A stretch of 64,000 nt of DNA. Origin: Vulcanimicrobiota bacterium (GTDB lineage Bacteria > Vulcanimicrobiota > Vulcanimicrobiia > Vulcanimicrobiales > Vulcanimicrobiaceae). Below are positions 8,814 through 17,177 of the stretch, piece by piece. Made by a program: the position numbers and the translations under genes. The notes under the pieces were generated by a model, which was not told the origin of the DNA, did not search any database, and saw only the letters and a list, made by a program, of their open reading frames with translations. How positions within the stretch are numbered: the first letter of the stretch is position 1; every line of letters begins with the position of its first letter. The stretch spans positions 1,767,010 through 1,831,009 of the forward strand of contig CAVVKC010000001.1 in assembly GCA_963748875.1 (NCBI GenBank), given 5' to 3'.

Positions 8814-9115
8814 ACCGATTGCCCGACGCCTTCGCGCCGCGAGTAGAACTCGGTCACAGCCTGAGAGATCGTTCGCAGCACCGTCTTGTCGCCCAGGGCG
8901 TAGACGGTGACGGTGTTAGCGTTATAATTTGCGACGTAGAGATCGGGGGACGCAATCGTCGGAAGGAACCCTTCGTTTTCGCTTACAGACTGAGCGGCTC
9001 CAGCTAGGGCATTCGGCACGAGCGGCGAGCCGGCGCCGAGGTTCGTACCGTAGCCCGCAAGAACGGTGACGACACCAAGAGCCACAATGGCGCGACGGTA
9101 ACGACTGATGAACAT
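8810..9115 (-). CDS. small secreted protein, single propeller-blade-like motif
   Basis: Internal ATG 9115 gives MFISRYRRAIVALGVVTVLAGYG (signal/TM). Motif LYVANYNANTVTVY. ATGA overlap with plsY-like at 8810-8813. Confidence 0.5.
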   Translation of the reverse strand: MFISRYRRAIVALGVVTVLAGYGTNLGAGSPLVPNALAGAAQSVSENEGFLPTIASPDLYVANYNANTVTVYALGDKTVLRTISQAVTEFYSRREGVGQSV

Positions 9116-9444
9116 AACGGTTCCTTTACGGCAGAGAACGGCCGGATTGGCGACCGCGTGCTGTATCGGTCGCCCTTCCGGTTCAAAGCCGTATCGAAAG
9201 CGCCGATAGCACGACTCTAGCAACCGAGGCGTTCGGAGACGTTCTAACCGTCTCGATGCGCGAATTCCGTAGAACGCTTTCGAGCGTACGCGTGCTGGAT
9301 CGTGCCATGGGGCACTTCTAGGGAAGAGCACGTCTTCGTACTTCGCATTCCCAAACAGCCGACCGTCAAAAACCTTCGCCGTGGCGTAGCGCTATTCCAG
9401 CCGAGCAGGCCACGGCTGCTGGTGTATCGACAAAAGGGAACAAC

Positions 9445-9789
9445 GTGGAAACGCCGGCCTGTGATCGAATGCGCGCTTCCGGACAATGGAACGTCGCGTG
9501 GGATCCGTTCTACGAGATCGACCCCGAGTGGACGGAAGCATTCATCGTTTGCGGCGCGCCAGTTTATGCAGGCGGTATCCTAGATCGGAAGCTTGCCGAG
9601 TTGCTCAGCATAGCGTTCGACGTATCATTTACGCATATGTACGCTCCGGGCGTGCGCCGTCACGCTAAGGCAGCACTCAAACTTGGAGCAACTGCCGAAG
9701 AGATCATGGACGTTTTCAAGCTATGCGTCGCACAAGGCGTTCAAGCACTCAATATGGGCGTCCCGATCCTGGAGCATGAACTAGAATAG
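9445..9789 (+). CDS. carboxymuconolactone decarboxylase (AhpD-like) family protein
   Basis: LDRKLAELLSIAFDVSFTHMYAPGVRRHAKAALKLGATAEEIMDVFKL matches the CMD-family core pattern. Start uncertain. Confidence 0.65.
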   Translation: METPACDRMRASGQWNVAWDPFYEIDPEWTEAFIVCGAPVYAGGILDRKLAELLSIAFDVSFTHMYAPGVRRHAKAALKLGATAEEIMDVFKLCVAQGVQALNMGVPILEHELE

Positions 9790-9838
9790 CCCGCGTCTCA
9801 GTCATGCCTCATCGCCGCGGCCGCGAGCAGAAGGCAAC

Positions 9839-10807
9839 TTATCCACGGACGATTACGGTTCGGCTCGTGCCGTTTGGCGGCGCGGTCCAGGCTTCGGAGA
9901 TCGATGAGAGCGGATATGTTCGCGTTGGAACTTCCACCTTATGATCGGCGATGAGTTGCATGTAAACCGGGATTTGGGCCACGACGTCAGCGATCGACGC
10001 GGAGCCTGCGCCGCTTCCCGAGATACGGATGTGCCGGCTTCGTAAAAGTGCCGCAGGCACAGCTGCTTCGGGACCGGCCATTGCGCCGATTTGGACGTAG
10101 GCAATGTTTGCGGTGTCTTCCTCGAAGCCGCGCCTGCCCAAAGCTGTAAACGCGGTTTCGGCGGCGGCAGCCCAGAGAAAGTCGAGAACGATGCTTGGTG
10201 CGGCGCCGTCGAATGCATCGACGAGCGCCGCGGCGTCGGCATCGCGCTCTCCCGTCAGCGCGACGGTTTTTGCCCCGAGTTTTGCAGCGTGCTGCAGACG
10301 TGTCGGACTTCGCCCGAGGCCGACGATCTGGGTTGCGCCGAGTATTTGTGCGTGTTGAACGGCAAGCGATCCCGCCATTCCGGTCACGCCGAGAATGAGC
10401 ACGGTGCCGAGTTCGCCGAGCTCCGCGGCGCGTACGTTCAGCGGCAACCACGACGAGAGACCAGGGTTCAGTCCACCCGCGACATGCACCGGGTCCGCGC
10501 CGGAGGGCAGAGGAAAACGCACTGTAATTGGGGCCGCCATTCGCTCTGCGAGCGTACCGTACGGCGGTCGGATAAAACCCGTATAAATGAGATCGCCGGC
10601 GGGGGTGCGCGCTACGGCGTCGACGCCGGGGATTTGCGGCCACTCGCCGGTGCTCCCGTAGTGACCTCCGGCCGCAAGTGACCGCACGACATTATGGATT
10701 CCCGCCGCCACCAACTCGACGAGTTCGTAGCCTTCATCAACGATCGGTTCGGCGAATTCGCCATACTCGGGGGCAACATTTGGGGCCTTTACGATAGCGG
10801 CTTTCAC
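9839..10807 (-). CDS. medium-chain dehydrogenase/reductase, quinone-oxidoreductase-like
   Basis: Rossmann segment VLILGVTGMAGSLAVQHAQILGA and MDR-like layout. GTG at 10807 (VKAAIVKAP) is a plausible start; the ORF extends to 10879. Confidence 0.65.
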   Translation of the reverse strand: MKAAIVKAPNVAPEYGEFAEPIVDEGYELVELVAAGIHNVVRSLAAGGHYGSTGEWPQIPGVDAVARTPAGDLIYTGFIRPPYGTLAERMAAPITVRFPLPSGADPVHVAGGLNPGLSSWLPLNVRAAELGELGTVLILGVTGMAGSLAVQHAQILGATQIVGLGRSPTRLQHAAKLGAKTVALTGERDADAAALVDAFDGAAPSIVLDFLWAAAAETAFTALGRRGFEEDTANIAYVQIGAMAGPEAAVPAALLRSRHIRISGSGAGSASIADVVAQIPVYMQLIADHKVEVPTRTYPLSSISEAWTAPPNGTSRTVIVRG

Positions 10808-10919
10808 AGCATCACACTCTCTAGCAGCGGCAAGTACCCGATGACGTGTGTCGTGTCCTAAAATGCAGGCCGGTGGCACCGCTCAACGTACGAGGAGCCG
10901 CCGACTCCGCCGCTACCGG

Positions 10920-11330
10920 TTACTTTGATTTTCGCGGTTTGGCTTTTGCTTTGCTTGCGGAGCTCTTCGCCTTCAACGCGTCGTACGCTAGGGCTTCCTT
11001 AACGAGCGCCGTCAGCGCGCGCGCATTGATCTTGTCGCCCTCAAAAAAGTCGATCGCTCGCCACTTGTTGCCCTCGAGCATTGCGTTGAAAAGCTTGCCC
11101 GGATCCGCAAGCGCCGCGCCGTCAGAGAAGGTCAGTTTCACCTTCCCCTTGTGCGGATTCATAATGCAGATCACGCTGTTCTTGGAGTACGTCGGCGTAC
11201 CCATCCACTTCCACTCCTCAACGATCGTCGCGTCAGTGCCGAGGATCAGCTTCCGAAGCCTGGCTATGAGTTCACCACGCCAGTCGGCAGTGTCTCGGAT
11301 CAGCTTGTCGACCTGTTGGGAGGCGTTCAT
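10920..11330 (-). CDS. DUF1801 (YdhG-like) domain protein
   Basis: DWRGELIARLRKLILGTDATIVEEWKWMGTPTYS...GKVKLTF, with a lysine/alanine-rich tail. Confidence 0.6.
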   Translation of the reverse strand: MNASQQVDKLIRDTADWRGELIARLRKLILGTDATIVEEWKWMGTPTYSKNSVICIMNPHKGKVKLTFSDGAALADPGKLFNAMLEGNKWRAIDFFEGDKINARALTALVKEALAYDALKAKSSASKAKAKPRKSK

Positions 11331-11344
11331 GTGTTGAGGTCCTC

Positions 11345-11692
11345 TTAGGAGCTGGGGAACTGTCGAAGACCGATCGGCGTTCCTTCGGGGTCCTTGACGC
11401 TCGCGACCAACAATCCTTGGGCGACATCGGTGATGTCCTGTACCTTCTCGGCTCCGGCCGCGAGGAGGGTCGCCAGCGCCTCTTTGATATCGCTGACATC
11501 CACATACGCGAGCGCTCCCGACAGGCCGCGTTGGGCCGCCTTTGGAACGAGCCCGATTTCCACATCGCCGGCTTTAAAGCCGACGTAGTAGCCGCTTTCG
11601 GCGTACGGCTCGGTAGCGAGCAGGGTAGCGAAGAATTTCTTCGCCTTCGGTACGTCCGAGGCGGGGTAGATGATGAGACCGACCTTGTTCAT
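11345..11692 (-). CDS. VOC/glyoxalase-bleomycin resistance family protein
   Basis: 115 aa. MNKVGLIIYPASDVPKAKKFFATLL...VASVKDPEGTPIGLRQ is typical of single-domain VOC proteins. Confidence 0.6.
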   Translation of the reverse strand: MNKVGLIIYPASDVPKAKKFFATLLATEPYAESGYYVGFKAGDVEIGLVPKAAQRGLSGALAYVDVSDIKEALATLLAAGAEKVQDITDVAQGLLVASVKDPEGTPIGLRQFPSS

Positions 11693-11943
11693 GAGTCCTC
11701 CTTTTTAGGTGGCGTTTGGCAAGCTGACGATATCCGGCGATCAGATGTGACATAGACCGGGCGGAGACCCGCATCCTGGCGCCCCCGGGCGGGCTCTCAC
11801 GGCGCGGGCTTTCCACAAAAATAACGTTAAGAGACGATTATCCACCTTATCAAAGACGCTTGTTCTCCGCGATGTATGCGAGCGGGCGTTCTGTTAACTT
11901 TTTAGGACACACCTCGCTTTAGGAGAGGAAAGGTGGTAACAAA

Positions 11944-13887
11944 TTGCGTCGTTTAGCATCGAACATCGTAGTTCTCGCAGCAACGTGCGCATTAGCGGCA
12001 TGTGGAGGAGCGGGCCGGGGCTCCTCGGTCGCGCCGCTAACATCGCAGAACGCACAAGCAGGTCCGGGGTCCGCCGTCGCGCAACTCGCGGATGCTGCAG
12101 CCCGGCGTAGGATATCGCGCCTAGTACATTCTAAGGTCAAGCACGTTTTCGTGCTCGTTCAGGAGAACCACACATTCGATCAAATCTTTGGGCTTTTTCC
12201 TGGCGTGAATGGCCAGTACGTCGAAAATCTTGGAACGTACCTCGCCCAAGAAACGGATTGTCAGCCGGATCCTGAGACGTCCGGATGTCAGCGTCCGTTC
12301 TTAATCTCCGCGAATCCAAGCAGTCCAAACTATGTTGCGGATGCAGCCGATATTACAGGCGGCAACAACGGTCGTTTCGATCAAGAAGTGTCGATCGATC
12401 GTGGCAGGATGGACGATTTTCTGGTCGACGTCGAAGCCGGGCAGCCAATACTCGGCCCGACCCCAAGCCCCCAACAGATCGAGTCGCATAATGAATCGAT
12501 TGGCATCGAGGACGTGTACGATTGCGATACCGTCCCGTACCTCTGGTACTACGCGAAGAACTTCGCACTCTTCGATCATTATTTCCAGGGTGAAACCGGG
12601 GACTCGACGCCAAGCAACATTCAGCTCTTTTCAGGTCAAATCGGCCAAACGGAGGCCGCGGCCGGCGAGGGTACACTCGCCCAACCGTTACCCAGCGGGG
12701 GCTATAGCGACGGCGTACCGATCTCAAACGACGACAATCCTCCGCCATCCCAACTGCCATTCCACGTTACGTCCTATGGGGGAGATAGCAACACGTCACA
12801 AAGTTATGCGACGATGCCGGTGCTGCTTAACCCGGTGATGGATCGCGCCGCGGCCAAGTCAAAAGTCGTGGGCTTCGTCGGCCGCGATATTTCTAAGGAG
12901 GGGAGGTCCAATCGTTCGTCTTTCCCGTGGGCATGGTATGAGGAAGGACTCTATACGGCCAACGCGGGTTTCTCCGCGCATCACACCGCTCCACTCTATT
13001 TCGACTACATCAATAACGCTCAGTCGGCCTTCGCAAGCAAACGAACGCTGCGCGATAACGCGCAAAACAACGGTCTGATTTCAGACATCAAAACCGGGAA
13101 ACTCCCGGGATCGGGAGTTTTTTGGGTAAAAGGCGGAAACGAAAATACGTATGGTTTCGTGCCGGCCGATTCGATCTTTTCGAACAACCCATCCGGCCAG
13201 AAATTTTACGTCGGCGACGACGACCATCCCGGGAGCGGCAGCTCCGATCATCAGGTAGCTGAGGCCTATCTCGCGGAAGTCGTCAACGCTATTGCGCAGA
13301 GCAAGTATTGGAAAGACTCCATCATCATTGTGACATGGGACGACAGCGGAGGCTTCTACGACCACTTGGCCCCTCCGGGCTTTGGACAAACGTGCCCGCA
13401 GGATAGAAGCGGGCCCGAACAAGGCTACCCATGCGGCGATGGCGTTCGCTTGCCGACGCTCGTGATTTCGCCGTTCTCGAAGACCGGCGTCGTGGTTCAT
13501 GACTTTGCTGATCACGGCTCCGTCTCCAAGCTTATCGAAGCGGTTTTCGATATGCCGACGTTCTCGTCGTTGCCGGACGAAGCCAAGGGTGTCTCAGAAG
13601 GCTTATCGCCGGCCGACGCCGATCGAGCAACTTCGAATTTGTTCGACGCACTCGACGAGCGTAAGCTCCATGGGGGCTCGACGAATCCCCCATCGCTTGC
13701 AGAGATTCCTTCACCAAGCGTCCCGCCGAACATGAGTTGCTCCTCGCTGGGTATTCCACCGATTCCCAGTCCGACGTCCCTTCCGGCCGGCTACGAGACC
13801 GCCGGTTGGTACTTGGCCCAGCAACTTATGGGGAAGCGCCACGGCATGCGGCTTCCTCAGCTCCAACGAAGAGACGATGGCGATTAG
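11944..13887 (+). CDS. phosphoesterase family lipoprotein (phospholipase C/AcpA-like)
   Basis: Lipobox LAATCALAACGG. HVFVLVQENHTFDQIFG and IIIVTWDDSGGFYDHLAPP are hallmark motifs of the PLC/acid-phosphatase family. AGGAGAGGAAAGG upstream. Confidence 0.8.
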   Translation: MRRLASNIVVLAATCALAACGGAGRGSSVAPLTSQNAQAGPGSAVAQLADAAARRRISRLVHSKVKHVFVLVQENHTFDQIFGLFPGVNGQYVENLGTYLAQETDCQPDPETSGCQRPFLISANPSSPNYVADAADITGGNNGRFDQEVSIDRGRMDDFLVDVEAGQPILGPTPSPQQIESHNESIGIEDVYDCDTVPYLWYYAKNFALFDHYFQGETGDSTPSNIQLFSGQIGQTEAAAGEGTLAQPLPSGGYSDGVPISNDDNPPPSQLPFHVTSYGGDSNTSQSYATMPVLLNPVMDRAAAKSKVVGFVGRDISKEGRSNRSSFPWAWYEEGLYTANAGFSAHHTAPLYFDYINNAQSAFASKRTLRDNAQNNGLISDIKTGKLPGSGVFWVKGGNENTYGFVPADSIFSNNPSGQKFYVGDDDHPGSGSSDHQVAEAYLAEVVNAIAQSKYWKDSIIIVTWDDSGGFYDHLAPPGFGQTCPQDRSGPEQGYPCGDGVRLPTLVISPFSKTGVVVHDFADHGSVSKLIEAVFDMPTFSSLPDEAKGVSEGLSPADADRATSNLFDALDERKLHGGSTNPPSLAEIPSPSVPPNMSCSSLGIPPIPSPTSLPAGYETAGWYLAQQLMGKRHGMRLPQLQRRDDGD

Positions 13888-13939
13888 CATCGGTTAACAG
13901 CGATGCCGTCGAGCCCGATGCGAGTTGTATCGGGCTCGC

Positions 13940-15079
13940 CTAATTCCGGGTTTCGGGACTCCTTACCGGAAGAGCGGCGCCCTCGGGCGTGACCCCGTTT
14001 ACCCGCCGGATTGCCGGGGCGACGATCTGCACCAAGATCACTTGCAGCACGACCGCAGCCGGCACCGCGAGAAATGCGCCGGCGATTCCGAGCAGCAAGC
14101 CGCCGACGACCGTCGAGAAGATAATCAGCAGAAAGTTCATCTGCACGCGCTGTCCGAAGATGATCGGCGAGAGCACGTTCTGATCGATCACTTGTACGAC
14201 GGCAAATATCCCAATCACGATCAGCATCTTCGCCCAGCCAACGGTCGCCAAAGCCGCCAACAACACGACGATGCCCGAAATGACCGCACCAACCATCGGG
14301 ATTGCCTGCGCCAAGGCAACGATGAATGCGAGCAATAGCGAGTACGGGACGCCCAAAAGCGCGAGCGCGATGCCCATCACAACGCCCACGATCGTGCCGT
14401 TAATAACGACACCCTGAACGTACGCGCTAAGGCGCTGACCGATTAGGATGAAGGCCTCGCGCCAATCTTGGCGCACGCCGGGCGGAAAAAGGCTGAGCAC
14501 GAACTGCGCCAGCTCGTCCTCAGCGAGCATCCACCCAAGTGAGAGCAGCAGGATGAGCAATAGGTTCCCTATCGCTTTGCCCACAAACGCGGGGCCCGCC
14601 AAAAGATGAGAGCCGATTAGGTTGATCGCTCCCCCGGCATTGCTCGACAACATCGTCGCGATCTGCTGTATGAACTGGTCGCTCTTGATGAATCGCTGCA
14701 GCGCGACGAGCCGGTCCTGAAGCGCAGCAAGTATAGCCGGGAGTGATTGTACGAACTTGATGAGTTCCGAAGCTATCGGCGCATTCAGCACGATAACCAG
14801 CGCCGTTCCGACGATTAACAGGGCGCCGAACGCCAACGAAACTGCGGCACCAAACGGCATCCGCGTGCTCAGGCGCTCGACTATCGGGCGAAGCCCGGCC
14901 GCAAGTAGGATCGCGGTGAAGAGCAGCAGGAACGCCTCGAAAGCGCCCGCGAGAACAATCCAAACCAGATAAGCTGCGGCGAAAATGGCCGCAGCCAGCA
15001 CCCAAACGCGCACGCCGAACGTCCCGGGGGGATTTCGGTCTAACATAGGCTGCTCAATCTTCGGTACCGAGCCCGACAA
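13940..15079 (-). CDS. AI-2E family transporter (PerM/UPF0118)
   Basis: Multi-TM protein. IPMVGAVISGIVVLLAAL...VIDQNVLSPIIFGQRVQMNFLLIIFS...FLAVPAAVV. The start could be the internal MLDRN. Confidence 0.8.
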   Translation of the reverse strand: MSGSVPKIEQPMLDRNPPGTFGVRVWVLAAAIFAAAYLVWIVLAGAFEAFLLLFTAILLAAGLRPIVERLSTRMPFGAAVSLAFGALLIVGTALVIVLNAPIASELIKFVQSLPAILAALQDRLVALQRFIKSDQFIQQIATMLSSNAGGAINLIGSHLLAGPAFVGKAIGNLLLILLLSLGWMLAEDELAQFVLSLFPPGVRQDWREAFILIGQRLSAYVQGVVINGTIVGVVMGIALALLGVPYSLLLAFIVALAQAIPMVGAVISGIVVLLAALATVGWAKMLIVIGIFAVVQVIDQNVLSPIIFGQRVQMNFLLIIFSTVVGGLLLGIAGAFLAVPAAVVLQVILVQIVAPAIRRVNGVTPEGAALPVRSPETRN

Positions 15080-15450
15080 GACTTGTACCTGGGGCCGACC
15101 TTTATCAGTACTCTCCGCGTCGCGCGCCGACTCTTACTCGTCAAGCTTTACGGGTGCTTCGGCCGGTTGCACGTCTGGTGGGCCGATGGGATCGCGGGGC
15201 GGTATTGGCTGGGGAGCGTTTTCCATGTAGTCGATAAGTGACTCATCGGTGTTGGCGGTCCCGCTAGGCCAGCCCGCGGCTACCTCCGTTTGGGTATTCG
15301 GCGACATTGCATTCGTCCTCGTCATCACAGCTTCGTGACGAGCGGACCCGGTCCCCGTGAGTTTGCCGATCTGAGCGGAGCCACCACGCCAAGCTGCGAA
15401 GTGCAGCACTCTAAAATGCAGGGGTCATCCGAGCCGAGCGCATTGACACC

Positions 15451-15948
15451 TTGGATGTAATCTCCAGTTTGGGCGCTCGCTATTGTGCGCGGCAAGACGC
15501 GCACGCTTTTATGTGGTTTTGGGGCCTCTTCGTGGCGCTGGCCGGCGCGGCTTACGGGCTACACCGGCGCGGGGCGCGTTTCGGCACCGGTATTCTTCTG
15601 GTTTTTGCGATCTGCACGGGAGCGCTCGGGCTCAGTATCTTTTACGGGTGTTACAGATGGGCGCCGTATTCGATGGGGCTGGGTGCACCCGGTGTTTCCG
15701 CGGCCGGCGTTACCACGTTCATGTGCCTAAGCAAAGGCGCGTTTGCGACGGCACTGATGTGGACGGTTATCGTGCTGTCGTGCAGTGCCGCGGTCGGATT
15801 GCTCGCGTGGGCTCGAGTGCGCGGGGGGACCGCGGTGATACGCGTCTTGTCCGCGAGCGGTGCGGTACTCTTGCTGCTCGTCGCGATCGCCGGTGGTTTC
15901 CTTTCATTCTTCAATCTCTCCTGGTGCTTGTCACAACGCTTGTTTTGA
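15451..15948 (+). CDS. hypothetical multi-pass membrane protein
   Basis: 165-aa ORF with 4-5 hydrophobic segments. No recognisable family. Confidence 0.45.
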   Translation: MDVISSLGARYCARQDAHAFMWFWGLFVALAGAAYGLHRRGARFGTGILLVFAICTGALGLSIFYGCYRWAPYSMGLGAPGVSAAGVTTFMCLSKGAFATALMWTVIVLSCSAAVGLLAWARVRGGTAVIRVLSASGAVLLLLVAIAGGFLSFFNLSWCLSQRLF

Positions 15949-15998
15949 ATATCGCGGACGGATACCAGGTCGTTGCCCTCGCGGTTGATCACTTGCGA

Positions 15999-16277
15999 AT
16001 GGCCGTTTCGCAGGATCTGTCGTCGCGATATTGTCCGGACGACAAAACCGTCTTCTTGACGAGAGGTTTGGCACTCTTTGCGTTCTTCGTCGCCGTCACG
16101 CTGGCGCTGTTTTTCATTCCTAACCACAGGAAGAAGGGCGGATCCATTCCGCTACCGCTGTGTATTATCGCGTGCGCGTTGCTGGCCTTCGCGATCGGCA
16201 GCGCTGCGTTGGTCGTTTATGGACTCTCCGGTTGCAGCGGCGCAGCGGCAGAAGGTCTCCTTTGGGATTCGCCGTAG
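15999..16277 (+). CDS. hypothetical small two-TM membrane protein
   Basis: ATG at 15999 within ORF 15483..16277. Hydrophobic stretches LALFAFFVAVTLALFFI and LCIIACALLAFAIGSAALVVYGL. Confidence 0.35.
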   Translation: MAVSQDLSSRYCPDDKTVFLTRGLALFAFFVAVTLALFFIPNHRKKGGSIPLPLCIIACALLAFAIGSAALVVYGLSGCSGAAAEGLLWDSP

Positions 16278-16295
16278 GAAATGTCCGCTGTTCGA

Positions 16296-17123
16296 TTAGC
16301 TCCGCTTCACCAGGACAACCGGAGCGGCTAGGTACTCCACACCAGCATTCTGCAGAAGAGTCTTTCCCTGACCGTTCAAGATGAACTGCTCGAACTGGCG
16401 CGCCACGGCCGGATGGGGAGCGTCGCGCAAATCCACAATCGTGTAAGTGATCTGATCGCTCATCGAAGCCTTGCCGGGAAGCGGCACGAACTTCAGCCCT
16501 CTCGCAACCGCCTCCGTTCGGTAGAAGAAACCGACATCGGCCTGACCGGTGTCGATGCGCGCTAGCAGATCTTCCTCCGGGAAGATCTGGGCGTCGTTCT
16601 CAGGGTCGCCGAGAATCCGCTGCTCGCCGTCGGCGCCAGCGAGAAGTTTCATCGCCTCAACGGTGTAGACACCCTTGGGATCGAGCTTCGGATCGGTCCG
16701 ACCGATTGCAAGCCCCGGTGTTGATAGTGCGGCGACGATCGGAGTCTTGCCGGCTGCTACGCTCTCGAAGAGTGCAGCATGCTTCGAACTATTCGTCCAT
16801 CCGATCCCGAGACTCGTAGACGCGAACGTTTCAGCGTCGAGGACCTTGGAGCCTAATCCTAAGACGATCTTCGGGTCGACGCTGATAAAGATATCCGGCC
16901 GCTTGGCGCCCGCGGAAATGAGGTTCGCAAGCATTTTGCTTCCGCCGCCTTGTCCCTGAAAGTCAATATCCTGCTGCACGAGGGCAGCCTTAATCGGGCC
17001 CTCCATCGGCGTGACAAGCGACCCGGCGTACAGAACCGAGACTACCTGCGTTGCGGCTAAAGCTGGTAGCGTCAAGACTGCCGCAATTGCCAACGTCAAG
17101 CTGCATTTCCCCATCTCGATCAT
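16296..17123 (-). CDS. periplasmic substrate-binding protein, ModA/WtpA-like oxyanion-binding family
   Basis: GGAGG lies 9 nt upstream of ATG 17123. Signal MIEMGKCSLTLAIAAVLTLPALAA. VLYAGSL...DIFISVD...DVGFFYRTEA resembles molybdate/tungstate/sulfate-type binding proteins. Confidence 0.6.
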   Translation of the reverse strand: MIEMGKCSLTLAIAAVLTLPALAATQVVSVLYAGSLVTPMEGPIKAALVQQDIDFQGQGGGSKMLANLISAGAKRPDIFISVDPKIVLGLGSKVLDAETFASTSLGIGWTNSSKHAALFESVAAGKTPIVAALSTPGLAIGRTDPKLDPKGVYTVEAMKLLAGADGEQRILGDPENDAQIFPEEDLLARIDTGQADVGFFYRTEAVARGLKFVPLPGKASMSDQITYTIVDLRDAPHPAVARQFEQFILNGQGKTLLQNAGVEYLAAPVVLVKRS

Positions 17124-17177
17124 TCCAATAATCCTCCGAAACCTCATCATAGCATCCGGGACGCGACTACGGAAACA

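Noticed and set aside
9853-10681. Long ORFs overlapping the quinone-oxidoreductase-like gene on both strands (9853..10242, 9987..10643, 10091..10681 and others).
   Set aside because: Their translations are Arg/Ala/Pro-rich and low in complexity, typical of off-frame or antisense readings of GC-rich genes. The in-frame MDR gene explains the region. The same reasoning applies to 38315..39178, 39413..40138, 42190..42711, 42271..42705, 59480..60109, 56262..56999 and 57411..58154.
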